Below are positions 52,181 to 61,875 of a stretch of 64,000 bases of DNA, piece after piece (position 1 is the stretch's first letter; the number at the start of each line of letters is the position of its first letter). The translations under genes were made by a program, and so were the position numbers. Under the pieces are notes generated by a model. The model saw only the letters and a list, made by a program, of their open reading frames with translations. It did no database searches and was not told the origin of the DNA. Source of the DNA: an uncultured Elusimicrobia bacterium (lineage in GTDB: Bacteria > Elusimicrobiota > Elusimicrobia > 2-01-FULL-59-12); contig OY969767.1 in the NCBI GenBank assembly GCA_963702895.1, forward strand, positions 1,248,001 to 1,312,000. The letters are read 5' to 3'.

Positions 52181-52934
52181 CGTTCACCTTCCATCCAAAC
52201 GTCGCAAGCGATGCCATCAGAGCCGCCAGAATCGGCCAGGGCGAGATGAGGGGAGGAGCATAGGGGGCGGCGTCCGCGCCCAAACCCCTCAGAGCGAGCC
52301 CAAAGATCAAAACCGAAAGTCCCCCTCCCAGAAGACCTAAACCAAGCTGCACGAGCAGCTCGCCGCGCCGAGCGCGCGCGGCCCAAAAATGGTAGAGACC
52401 CAAGCCGCACCAAGCGGACATCAAGATCACCAGAACAAGAGACACTCGCGCCAGCCACATCCGCCACTGCCGCACCGATCGAAAGCTTGTTCGCGCTTCG
52501 GGGTCCCATCGAAGCTCCTGGACCTCGGGCGAGGCGCGCAAGGAGATCGCGGGCTCAGGCCGCTCAAGCCACGCGATATCCTTGAAGTGAAGAAGCGCCG
52601 TTGCTGGAAGGGGGTTGTCTCTGAGAAGGAGGAGCGACTTCACGAGAGCCGGATTGCCCTGGGCCCTCTCCAAAGCCTCCTGGCGTGAAATATAGGCGAC
52701 AGATTCCAGGGCTGTGTCCTGCGCGGGGAGTCCACTGACCCAGGTTTTAGCGTCGTCTTCGCTTAGCGCAGGCTGAAAGAAAACGATCACTTTGAGCGAG
52801 GGACGAATGTTGTCCTCCATTTTCTTAAGCGATTCCTGCAGCCCAAGGAAAAAGACGCCCATACCCCCTAATAAAAACGAGAGCATAAGCACATGCGCCG
52901 TTGTGGGCTTAAAAAGCTCTTTACGGATCATCAT
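52170..52934 (-). CDS. FtsX-like cell division permease
   Basis: TM, extracellular domain with YIS..EAL and NPLP motifs, further TMs; directly upstream of the envC-like gene. Confidence 0.75.
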   Translation of the reverse strand: MMIRKELFKPTTAHVLMLSFLLGGMGVFFLGLQESLKKMEDNIRPSLKVIVFFQPALSEDDAKTWVSGLPAQDTALESVAYISRQEALERAQGNPALVKSLLLLRDNPLPATALLHFKDIAWLERPEPAISLRASPEVQELRWDPEARTSFRSVRQWRMWLARVSLVLVILMSAWCGLGLYHFWAARARRGELLVQLGLGLLGGGLSVLIFGLALRGLGADAAPYAPPLISPWPILAALMASLATFGWKVNDAP

Positions 52935-52957
52935 ATCTCCGCGGAAAATCAATCTGT

Positions 52958-53956
52958 TTACGTCGCGAGTATATCACTTTTGGAAGCGGATTGATATGTC
53001 TCAGCAGGCGGTAAAGCAGAAAGGATTTGGTCAAGGAGATGGTCTCTGTTCCAATGCTGATCGGTGTTCGTATAGGGCATATTTCGGGCTTGGCAAAGAC
53101 TGGCAACTTTGGATTGTGGGCCCCAGCCGATGAAAGGCACATGGGAGGTGGCGGCAACGACAAGGGCATGGAAACGCGTTCCAATCACGAGGCGATAGGA
53201 GGCGATCCAAGCGAGAAGCTCCGCTGGCTCTCGAACGATCCGAATACGCTCAACAGCCGCACAGTGTGAAGCAATCGAGCGCGCCAGCGTCTCGTCCTCT
53301 TTGGGAAACAGGACAAGGAGGTCCATAGGCGTCTGGGTTCGCTCATGCAGTTGCTGGAGAATGGCCGCTATCTCCACGGCGGACCGAACCGTGGAAGGGG
53401 AGAGCGCACAGGCGATCAAGTTGTTTCGCGAGGACGCGATTGGGTCTGGCTGAAGAAAAAATACGGGATCTTGTGAGATGGCAATTGGGAGTTCGACGCG
53501 ACAGTGCAGGAGTGCCCGACGGGACTCCTCATCACGGACCGAGACGACATCGGCCCAATGGTTGAGCACCCAACGAGTCCAAAAGCGATTAGAGAAGTGC
53601 TGAACGGGATCGACGCCAATGGCTTTGATTTCCGTGCGACACCCCAGGAGTTTGGCCAGGACAACGAGGGACAAATAATAGAGATGATTCCATGGACCGC
53701 TCGACTCCTGAAGGAGTCCCCCTCCCCCCAGCACAAAGCGGTCAGCCTCCAACAAGGCCATGAGCCATTGCCACGGCCGCCAACGATGGACCGCTTCGAC
53801 GCCGAACTGTTGACGTGTCGCGTCCGGTTCGTTCGAAAAGACGATGATTCTTCGACTCGGTTCTTCCTGCCGTAGGCGTCGAATGAGAGACAGGAGAATC
53901 AGTTCATCCCCTGCATTACCGAAGCCGTAATAACCGGCTAATATCGTGGCAGCCAT
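52958..53956 (-). CDS. Polysaccharide pyruvyl transferase (CsaB-like)
   Basis: GYYGFGNAGDE, GGGGLLQE, SVRDEES and RFHA motifs. Confidence 0.9.
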   Translation of the reverse strand: MAATILAGYYGFGNAGDELILLSLIRRLRQEEPSRRIIVFSNEPDATRQQFGVEAVHRWRPWQWLMALLEADRFVLGGGGLLQESSGPWNHLYYLSLVVLAKLLGCRTEIKAIGVDPVQHFSNRFWTRWVLNHWADVVSVRDEESRRALLHCRVELPIAISQDPVFFLQPDPIASSRNNLIACALSPSTVRSAVEIAAILQQLHERTQTPMDLLVLFPKEDETLARSIASHCAAVERIRIVREPAELLAWIASYRLVIGTRFHALVVAATSHVPFIGWGPQSKVASLCQARNMPYTNTDQHWNRDHLLDQILSALPPAETYQSASKSDILAT

Positions 53957-55551
53957 CGTCGTAGGAGAAGAAGCGAAGAACCCACAAGTGACCCCAGCAG
54001 AATTCCATTGGCACTGCGGAGATAGGCAAGAGACAGCGGCGAATGGAGATGGCAGAAGGTATTGACCATCGAAATAGGTCCCATCATCCCCAGGCCAATG
54101 AACAGCTTCCCCCAGCGCGCTCGTTGGAAATGAAGGCCTAGCAAAAGCAGCGGGTAACCGATCACGAATTCCTTGAATCGAGGTCGAGCAACCAGAAGTT
54201 GTTCCAGCGTGTTGCGCAGGGTCTGTTCCCCTCCCAAGGTCCAGGAGGCGCCGACATTGCCTGTTCGCATCAAGAAATACCCACCCACCCCTGCCAAGAG
54301 CATCAGCATCAGGGCGTCTGCCCGCCTTAAGGGTTGATGGAGGAAGGTCTGGGCTTCATCTTTTCCCCAGAGCAACGCAAAACATCCGGCCCAACTGATC
54401 AAAAAGGCGGCCTTGACTCCCCGAAACGGCACCACTTGAAGTCTGGTCAGAGGATTGTCCGCCAAAATCGATACGATCGAAGCGCCAGCGAGGCAGAGGA
54501 GCGTGATCGACAAGAAACTGACCCAAGGATTTTTTTGTAGTCCGTAACGTAAGGCGACGATGGGTGTGGCGATGGCAGCCAGAAGCGCCAAGAGCGCAGA
54601 CAGACGCTGTTCAAGAAGACCCGGCACCGACCATGTCCATCGAGCTTTCGGCCAAGCCAATTGAAGTCCTTGGCTCTCAATGAGTTGCCGGACCGAGGCT
54701 AAACGGTCGAGGTAGCTTTCGAAGGAGTCTTCCGGTGAGCTTCGAACAAGCGCAAACCGACAGGTTCTTTCTCGGATCGCCCGCACCCAACGAGCCTTTT
54801 CTTGTCCCCGTGAGAGGTCCTTGTATTCATTGGAGGCGATGCTATGGGCCCTGTAGGTCAGCTGAGGAAGACGGGCCGCCAGCACACGTGAGGCTTTGGA
54901 AGGCTTAAAGTCTGAGAGCAGGTGAAGCGCGCCTTGTTCCCGCAGCAGAGCAACCCATGCCGAGAGCGAACCGGGACCTCCCGGCAGAGTGTCGGAGTTG
55001 ATGAGAACGGCTCGGGCATCACGCTGGGACAGGGGCTCTGCGAGTTCACGAATGAGATTGGCCGACGGAAGCCAGGGATCGTGATCCAAGCGCAGGACGA
55101 CTTCAAGGCCCACGCGACGTGCCTCCTGCAGAAGCTCGGGATCAATTCCGAGCGTCATTTCTTTCAGAGAAGTCCAGGAGCCGTATCCACGAACGAGGCG
55201 AAATGCGCCGCCCAGGGGCTCGACCCTCACCGATGACACGCCGCGTGACTGGAATTGTTTTTGGATCTCCATGGCTGTCGATCGATTGAGGAAGAGCATC
55301 TCGCGGGACAGATAATCATTCACGGTGGCCTCGCCGAGGACGACGGCATGGACGCCGCTCGCGCGAAGGCGACTCAGGACAGGCTTGTCTGCCAGGCCCA
55401 ATCTGGCGGCCAAATCACGGGCGTCTATCCACTCCGCAAGGAGCACCGCACTTCGGTCCGACCGCTCTTGACGAAGACGTTGGACGAGGCGCGATAAGAA
55501 GAGACCCAGCAAGAGGAGCCCAAACATCCACCACACGGACTTTTTGATCAT
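53938..55551 (-). CDS. DUF5693-like membrane protein
   Basis: RAIRER, FRGVK, RPRFKEF.IGYP and NTFCHLHSP motifs; adjacent to the csaB-like gene. Confidence 0.75.
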   Translation of the reverse strand: MIKKSVWWMFGLLLLGLFLSRLVQRLRQERSDRSAVLLAEWIDARDLAARLGLADKPVLSRLRASGVHAVVLGEATVNDYLSREMLFLNRSTAMEIQKQFQSRGVSSVRVEPLGGAFRLVRGYGSWTSLKEMTLGIDPELLQEARRVGLEVVLRLDHDPWLPSANLIRELAEPLSQRDARAVLINSDTLPGGPGSLSAWVALLREQGALHLLSDFKPSKASRVLAARLPQLTYRAHSIASNEYKDLSRGQEKARWVRAIRERTCRFALVRSSPEDSFESYLDRLASVRQLIESQGLQLAWPKARWTWSVPGLLEQRLSALLALLAAIATPIVALRYGLQKNPWVSFLSITLLCLAGASIVSILADNPLTRLQVVPFRGVKAAFLISWAGCFALLWGKDEAQTFLHQPLRRADALMLMLLAGVGGYFLMRTGNVGASWTLGGEQTLRNTLEQLLVARPRFKEFVIGYPLLLLGLHFQRARWGKLFIGLGMMGPISMVNTFCHLHSPLSLAYLRSANGILLGSLVGSSLLLLRRWLPRY

Positions 55552-57038
55552 GATTTTGCCGCGCGGTGGTGGGTCGAGCGTAGCGGCTTTCGTCCTAAGG
55601 CGTGACGGTAGAGCGCGTGATAAGATTCAACGGACTTTTTCCAAGAGAAGTCTTCGAGCATCGCACGGCGCTGAAGGGCAGCCCAGCTGGGGCGATCATG
55701 AAAGAACTCGATCGATGAAAGGATCGCTTGAAGGAGACTCGTCGCGCTCCCCGGTTGCATGAGGAAGCCATTGCCCGCCTCACGGGTTGCGGGTTGCACC
55801 GTGTCGTGCAGTCCCCCGGTATTGGAGACGATGGGAATGGTGCCATAGCGCATACTGATCATTTGACTTAAGCCACAGGGCTCAAAACGCGAAGGCATCA
55901 AAAACAGATCGGCTCCGGCGAAGATGTTATGCGCCAAAGGTTCGTTGAAATCTGTCGCCAAACGAATGTGCCCGGGATAGGTCCGCTGATACAGTTCAAG
56001 GTCCTGCAAGAGCGCCTCATCGCCTTGTCCCAGAATCACCAATTGCACGTTGCGATGTCTCATGATGGCCGGAATGATGTTCGTGACTAAATCCACACCC
56101 TTTTGCCAATCAATGCGCGTTACCATGCCTAAAAGTGGCACCGTCGGATCCACAGCGAGTCGCAGGCTCTCTTGCAAGGCGGCTTTGCAATCACGCTTGC
56201 CTTGCAGAGAATCGAGGTCGTACGCATGAGCCAGGAAGGGATCTTTGGTGGGGTCCCATTCTTCGACGTCGATACCGTTCACGATGCCAAAAAGGTCGCG
56301 GGAACGGCTCCTCAGAAGACCTTCCATGCCCCGGCCGAACTCATAGGTCGTTTGGATTTCCTGCGCGTAGGACGGACTCACGGTGCTGAGCATATCGGCA
56401 TAGACGAGCCCCGCTTTGAGATAGCTGATCTGGTCATAATATTCAAACTTATCCATGGTGAATTCCCGCCAAGTAAAGCCTGTCGAATATATTTTCGTTT
56501 TGGGGAACACGCCCTGGTAAGCGACGTTGTGAAGGGTCAAGACCGTCCGTGTGTGTTGAAAGAAAGAATCATTTTTGAAAATCTCTTTGAGATACATCGG
56601 CACCAGGCCCGTTTGCCAATCGTGGCAATGCACGATGTCCGGGCGGAACTGCATGGCTTTGCAGGCTTCGAGTGCGGCTCGCGAAAAAAAGGCGAAGCGC
56701 TCGGCATTGTCGGTATAGTCCCCCCAGGGACCATAGTAGAGACCGCTACGGCCGAAATAGTGATTGTTGTGGATGAAATAGACGGGGATGCCCTTGTCCG
56801 TCCTGCAAAGCCGGATGTCGCCGGATTCGATCCGTCCATCGCCCATGGGAACATGGACCCATTCGCCAGTCTCTCGGATATTGAACTCCTGCGCGCGGAT
56901 GGACTTGTATTTGGGGAGAATAATCCTGACGTCGTGGCGCTTGTTTTTGAGTTCTTTGGGCAGCGCGCCGACAACATCCGCGAGCCCCCCTGTTTTACAA
57001 AACGGCACGCCTTCGGAAGCAATAAAGAGGATCTTCAT
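55548..57038 (-). CDS. glgA: Glycogen synthase
   Basis: KTGGLADV, HCHDWQT and PSRFEPCGL motifs. Confidence 0.97.
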   Translation of the reverse strand: MKILFIASEGVPFCKTGGLADVVGALPKELKNKRHDVRIILPKYKSIRAQEFNIRETGEWVHVPMGDGRIESGDIRLCRTDKGIPVYFIHNNHYFGRSGLYYGPWGDYTDNAERFAFFSRAALEACKAMQFRPDIVHCHDWQTGLVPMYLKEIFKNDSFFQHTRTVLTLHNVAYQGVFPKTKIYSTGFTWREFTMDKFEYYDQISYLKAGLVYADMLSTVSPSYAQEIQTTYEFGRGMEGLLRSRSRDLFGIVNGIDVEEWDPTKDPFLAHAYDLDSLQGKRDCKAALQESLRLAVDPTVPLLGMVTRIDWQKGVDLVTNIIPAIMRHRNVQLVILGQGDEALLQDLELYQRTYPGHIRLATDFNEPLAHNIFAGADLFLMPSRFEPCGLSQMISMRYGTIPIVSNTGGLHDTVQPATREAGNGFLMQPGSATSLLQAILSSIEFFHDRPSWAALQRRAMLEDFSWKKSVESYHALYRHALGRKPLRSTHHRAAKS

Positions 57039-57204
57039 AACCAGGCGCGGGGCATGAGGGACGAGAGGCCGGAAGAGGAATCGATCCTTCGGGGTGTGAA
57101 GATTTGAGTTCGTTTATGATCCCACATGGCTGGAGCCTCGAATCTTGTCACCCATCCCATCTCTGTTGAGACTCGTCCCTCGTTTGTCGTGAGCGGCGAC
57201 TGAA

Positions 57205-58200
57205 TTAATCGGCTTCGCGGAGGAATCTCGCGGCCTCTTCGGGCGGGGTAGGGTTGATATAAAAACCGGACCCCCATTCAAACCCAGCGACTTTGGTCAG
57301 CTTGGGCATGATCTCCAGGTGCCAGTGATAGTACGCGAGCTTGGGCTCTCGTAAAGGCGAGTTCAAAAGAATGAAGTTGTAAGGCGGATTGTCAAGGACA
57401 TTTCTCATGCGCGCCAGGACATTCTGTAAAAGGTGCGACAGATTGACGACTTCATGCTTTTGCAGGTCCTCAAAGTCGGAGTCATGGACTTTAGGGAGAA
57501 TCCACACCTCAAAAGGGAACCGCGCCGCAAACGGTGCAAAAGCGACGAAGTCGTCGTTTTCGGCGACAATGCGGTTGCCTGTGGACATCTCCTGCTTAAT
57601 CATGTCGCAGAACACGCAGCGCTCCTTGTACTCGTAATAATTTTTGGCGCCATTGACGGACTCACGGACATGCTTGGGGACGACAGGTGTCGCGATCAGC
57701 TGGGAGTGCGGATGGGTCAGAGACGCTCCCGCGGCGGAGCCCTTGTTCTTGAACACCAGGATGTATTCAAAGCGCGGGTCTTTCTTGAGGTCCATGATGC
57801 GATCGCGGTAGGACCAGATCACATCCTGCGCCTTTTTATCATCCAGTTCAGGAAAGTCCCGGGTATGATCCGCGGTCTCGATGACCACTTCATGGGCGCC
57901 AACACCGTTCATTTTATCGTACATGCCTTCCCCCTGACGATTGAGCTGCCCTTCGATCGCCAGCACCGGAAATTTATTCGGGACGACCCTCACCCACCAG
58001 CCTCGGGAGTTCTTTTCACGGCCGGGGTCATGGTAGGCCAGAAGTTCGGACGGGGTCTTGTCCTCATTGCCGGGACAGAAAGGACAGAACTTGCCCACCC
58101 CCGATTCGAGCTCTTGTTCAAAGTCGGAAGGGCGCTTTCCGCGCTCCGTGGAGATGATCACCCAGCGTCCGATGACCGGGTCGCGTCGTAGTTCTGTCAT
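57205..58200 (-). CDS. galT: GalT-family nucleotidyltransferase
   Basis: ELRRDP, CPFCPGNE and GASLTHPHSQ motifs. Confidence 0.88.
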   Translation of the reverse strand: MTELRRDPVIGRWVIISTERGKRPSDFEQELESGVGKFCPFCPGNEDKTPSELLAYHDPGREKNSRGWWVRVVPNKFPVLAIEGQLNRQGEGMYDKMNGVGAHEVVIETADHTRDFPELDDKKAQDVIWSYRDRIMDLKKDPRFEYILVFKNKGSAAGASLTHPHSQLIATPVVPKHVRESVNGAKNYYEYKERCVFCDMIKQEMSTGNRIVAENDDFVAFAPFAARFPFEVWILPKVHDSDFEDLQKHEVVNLSHLLQNVLARMRNVLDNPPYNFILLNSPLREPKLAYYHWHLEIMPKLTKVAGFEWGSGFYINPTPPEEAARFLREAD

Positions 58201-58790
58201 ATCACTTCACTCCCTTGTTCTACGGGCAGGTCAATTTGCTGCTCCGTGTTGTTTTGAGATTCGACGGGCGGAACGAGTGATTCGATCGACGGCAGGGCGT
58301 CGAGGCTTGTGAGCCCAAAAGCTTTCAGGAAATCCGGGGTCGTGCCATAGAGGAGCGGACGCCCGATGGCTTCTTTGCGGCCCGTGATTCTCACGAGACG
58401 CCTCTCCAACAATGTGTCCAGAACCGCGGAAACCTCAACCCCCCGGATCTCCTCGATCGCGCTGCGGGTGATCGGCTGCTTGTAAGCAATGATGGAGAGC
58501 GTTTCCAAAGCGGAAGAGCTTAAGCGATAGGTGAGTCGGTCCTTAAAGAGCTTGCGGATCCAAGGTCCGAACTCGGGACGCGTGGAAAATTGCCAGCCCC
58601 CCGCGATCGCACGCAGCTCGAGGGAACTGGCCCGCTCTTTGTATTCGTGGGAGATCTCCTGCACCATGGCTTCCATTTCATCAAAAGGAAACTCCTGATC
58701 AAAGAGGTCCACAAAAGCTTGGACCGGCACGGGCTGTTCGGTGATAAACAAAAGCGCCTCTACGATATTTCGCGCGTCGCGTCGTTCCAT
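58197..58790 (-). CDS. scpB: SMC-Scp complex subunit ScpB
   Basis: EALLF, LETLSIIAYKQPITR and GRPLLYGTT motifs. Confidence 0.96.
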   Translation of the reverse strand: MERRDARNIVEALLFITEQPVPVQAFVDLFDQEFPFDEMEAMVQEISHEYKERASSLELRAIAGGWQFSTRPEFGPWIRKLFKDRLTYRLSSSALETLSIIAYKQPITRSAIEEIRGVEVSAVLDTLLERRLVRITGRKEAIGRPLLYGTTPDFLKAFGLTSLDALPSIESLVPPVESQNNTEQQIDLPVEQGSEVI

Positions 58791-59557
58791 TAAGAACCCA
58801 CCTCCTCGCTTGATTTTACATCATCTGACGCGGACGCTTGGTGCGCCAGCCTCACAAGTTGGATGCGGCCATAGGCTTCCGATTGCAGCGCCACAATTTC
58901 CTTCATGCGGATAAGCTCGAGGAGCGCAAGGAAGGTCACGATGAGATCAAGGCGACGCCGGTCGGAGGAGAACAGTTCCTCAAAATCCATGGACTCGCGA
59001 TCCGCGAAGAGTTGCTGGATCTGACGAAGACGCGCTTCCACCGTAATTTCCTCACGCAGGATCTGGCCCACTTCCCTCGGCGCGCGGTCCAGGACACGCT
59101 TGAAGGCCGTCAAAAGATCAAAGGTCGTGGCACGAAGCAGGAAATCATCCTGCTCGAAACGTGGACCGGTCTTGCGGTAATAAATATCCTTCGCGCGCTC
59201 ATTACGAGCGGCCAGAACACCGGCCGCCTCCTTGAAACGCTGGTACTCCAGGAGTTTGTTGACGAGCTCCGCCCTGGGGTCCGGCCCCTCGTCCTCAATC
59301 GTCTCGGGCGCAGGAAGCAGCATCTGCGCCTTAATCTGCATCAGCGTGCTCGCCATCACAAGAAACTCCCCGGCGAGCTCGAGGTTTAGATCTTTCATGA
59401 TGTCCAGGTAAGCCAGGTATTCGTGCGTGATTTGCGCGATCGGAATATCCTTGATCTCCAGATCATTCTTTTTAATGAGGTGAAGGAGCAGATCCAGCGG
59501 CCCCTCGAAGACCTCCAGATTCACATCCATCGGTTGCGGGGCGTTGGGTTCGCTCAT
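58790..59557 (-). CDS. scpA: Segregation and condensation protein A
   Basis: FEGPLDLLLHLI and FLALLEL motifs. Confidence 0.96.
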   Translation of the reverse strand: MSEPNAPQPMDVNLEVFEGPLDLLLHLIKKNDLEIKDIPIAQITHEYLAYLDIMKDLNLELAGEFLVMASTLMQIKAQMLLPAPETIEDEGPDPRAELVNKLLEYQRFKEAAGVLAARNERAKDIYYRKTGPRFEQDDFLLRATTFDLLTAFKRVLDRAPREVGQILREEITVEARLRQIQQLFADRESMDFEELFSSDRRRLDLIVTFLALLELIRMKEIVALQSEAYGRIQLVRLAHQASASDDVKSSEEVGS

Positions 59558-60558
59558 CGAACACCTACCTTTCCTGGTTGGGCCAACTTTAAGGCGTGAC
59601 GGACCTCCGCGAGCGTGGACATCGCGGCTTGTTCAGCTTTCTTGGACCCTTCCGCAACGAGATCTTTGACCTCCGAAGGCTTCGACGCCAAGCGCACACG
59701 CTCCGCTCGAATGGGATCGAGGGCCGCGTTCAAGGTTTCTGTAAGGCGGTTCTTGCACGCCACACAACCCAGGGAGCCTGACTTGCAGCGAGACTCAATG
59801 TCGGCAACCTCGGGCGTGTAAAGTTTATGCGTATTAAAGACGACGCACCCTTCCGGATGACCTTGATCGCTCAGGCGAATCTTGAGCGGATCGGTGTACA
59901 TGGTCTTAATCTTCGCCGTGGCCTCTTCCTTCGAATCCGAGAGATAGATGGCGTTCTCATAGGACTTGGACATCTTGCGACCATCCGTGCCCAAAATCTT
60001 AGGCGACTTCGTCAGCAAGGCCTGAGGCTCCGGAAGGGAAGCGCTGTAGAGGTAATTAAACCGCCTGCAAATCTCACGCGTGAGCTCGAGGTGCGGGAGC
60101 TGGTCCTCACCGACGGGGACATGGGTGGCCTTATAAATAAGGATGTCGGCGGACTGAAGAAGCGGGTAGCCCAGAAATCCGTACGTCGACAAATCTTTGC
60201 CCGTCATCTCCTGCTGTTGTTCCTTGTAGGTCGGGACACGTTCCAACCACGAAAGCGGTGCGATCATGGAGAGCAGGAGGTGGAGCTCGGCATGCTGGGG
60301 GACCCACGATTGGCGTAAAATGACGGCCTTCTTGGGATCCAACCCACAGGACAGCCAGTCGATCACCATGTCCCAGACGCTGGCTTCAATGCCCGAGGTG
60401 TTCGCGTATTCCGAGGTCAGCGCGTGCCAATCCGCCACCATGTAATAGCAAATCGCATCATTCTGCAAGGCGATCCAGTTGGCGAGCGCGCCAAAATAAT
60501 TGCCCAGATGAAGTTTCCCGGAAGGACGCATGCCGGAGAGGATAGTCTTAATGGCCAT
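59554..60558 (-). CDS. trpS: Tryptophanyl-tRNA synthetase
   Basis: SGMRPSGKLHLGNY, YPLLQSADIL, VPVGEDQ and KMSKS motifs. Start at the ATG at 60558. Confidence 0.97.
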   Translation of the reverse strand: MAIKTILSGMRPSGKLHLGNYFGALANWIALQNDAICYYMVADWHALTSEYANTSGIEASVWDMVIDWLSCGLDPKKAVILRQSWVPQHAELHLLLSMIAPLSWLERVPTYKEQQQEMTGKDLSTYGFLGYPLLQSADILIYKATHVPVGEDQLPHLELTREICRRFNYLYSASLPEPQALLTKSPKILGTDGRKMSKSYENAIYLSDSKEEATAKIKTMYTDPLKIRLSDQGHPEGCVVFNTHKLYTPEVADIESRCKSGSLGCVACKNRLTETLNAALDPIRAERVRLASKPSEVKDLVAEGSKKAEQAAMSTLAEVRHALKLAQPGKVGVR

Positions 60559-61822
60559 TTTGGAGCGGGAACTCATACTGGATGAACCGGATTTCTTCCT
60601 CGCGCGTCCGGAGCTTGCCTTCCCAGCGCGCTTGCCGGAGCGCTTCGAAGATTTTGGTGTAGACCGGTCCTGGCTTGTAGCCCAGGTCACGGACATCCTG
60701 ACCGGTGAGGGTCGGCGCGCTGTCCTCAAAGCGCTGCCAGTCCAGTGTCGCGGATTTGCGCTTGGTGAGACTTTTCACTTTGAGTGCCTTGGTCACAAAC
60801 GACCTCACCTCGGGCGGCAAAGGTTGTCGCGAGCGTTTTTTGACATCCGACATCGACAGAGTCCCTTCGCGAAGGCGCGCCAGGAGCGTCAAGGCGAGTT
60901 CCACTTGCTCCATGGTCTGTTGAGAAAACATCAAGTGACCCAGGCTGCCCACGGCTTTCGCGTAAGGCAAGGTATGGACCAGAACCAGTAGCCGCATCTG
61001 GAGCGCATGCGTTTGATCCTGTTGTTTGATGAGCTGGCCGAAGAAGGTTTCATGGGACCGTTCCCACTTCAGGTGTGGCACTAAAAACGAAAGTGCGCCC
61101 CACTGGGAGAGAAGACGCAGGGGAGGGCGCGGGTCTTTTTCTTGCAGCAGAGGAATAAGTTCTTCGCGGAGCCGCGCTCCGGAGAGTGTCCCGGGCAATT
61201 GCAGCCCGATTGATTCATTGAGCCATTCTCGCGTCCGCCACTCTAAGTCGTACCCAAAACGCCCAGCAAAGCGCGCGGCCCGGAATATCCTCGTGGGATC
61301 ATCCTTAAAGCTTTGCGCATGCAGGACACGGATTTTCTTGGCCCGCAAGTCCTCCATGCCGCCAAAGGGGTCCCAGACATGACCCAAATCCTGTTCATTA
61401 AGGGAAATCGCAATGGCATTGATCGAAAAATCGCGGCGGTAAAGGTCTTCTTGGAGGCTGGCTGGCTCCACAACGGGCAAAGCAGCCGGTTCAGCGTACG
61501 TCTCGGTCCTGGCTGTGGCGATATCCAGGCGGCGGCCGTTCTTGAATTCCAGCGTATTCGTGAGAAATTGGGGGTGACTGATGAGTTTAGCCTTAGAGGA
61601 TCGGGCTGCTGCTCGCGCGATGGGAAGAGACGGCCCTTCGACAACAACATCAATGTCGACGGCGGGGCGTCCCAGCAGAAAATCACGAACGCAACCGCCG
61701 ACGAGGTAAATCTGGGCATCACAGGCCTTGGCACGCTCCACCAGAGGCGCAAGAATCGACAGAAGACCTTTGGGCAGCGCAAGCCTCGCGCGTGGCGCCA
61801 GCGGTGGTTGTGAGCTCAGCAT
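60548..61822 (-). CDS. Class II tRNA nucleotidyltransferase
   Basis: VGGCVRD, DID, DLYRRDFSINA and DDPTRIFRAARF motifs. Confidence 0.92.
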   Translation of the reverse strand: MLSSQPPLAPRARLALPKGLLSILAPLVERAKACDAQIYLVGGCVRDFLLGRPAVDIDVVVEGPSLPIARAAARSSKAKLISHPQFLTNTLEFKNGRRLDIATARTETYAEPAALPVVEPASLQEDLYRRDFSINAIAISLNEQDLGHVWDPFGGMEDLRAKKIRVLHAQSFKDDPTRIFRAARFAGRFGYDLEWRTREWLNESIGLQLPGTLSGARLREELIPLLQEKDPRPPLRLLSQWGALSFLVPHLKWERSHETFFGQLIKQQDQTHALQMRLLVLVHTLPYAKAVGSLGHLMFSQQTMEQVELALTLLARLREGTLSMSDVKKRSRQPLPPEVRSFVTKALKVKSLTKRKSATLDWQRFEDSAPTLTGQDVRDLGYKPGPVYTKIFEALRQARWEGKLRTREEEIRFIQYEFPLQNGH

Positions 61823-61875
61823 GGAGGGGTTAATTTTAGCAAAAGTGCTCGATTTCTCCGAATGGATGGGATGTT

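Noticed and set aside
56172..57107. Long plus-strand ORFs antisense to real genes (also 18170-19024, 12638-13396, 57433-58191, 46787-47647, 32310-33029)
   Set aside because: Shadow ORFs arising from codon bias opposite well-supported genes; no recognisable motifs.
57035..57277. 80-aa ORF between galT and glgA
   Set aside because: It overlaps galT out of frame and runs through a hairpin; no protein-like signal.
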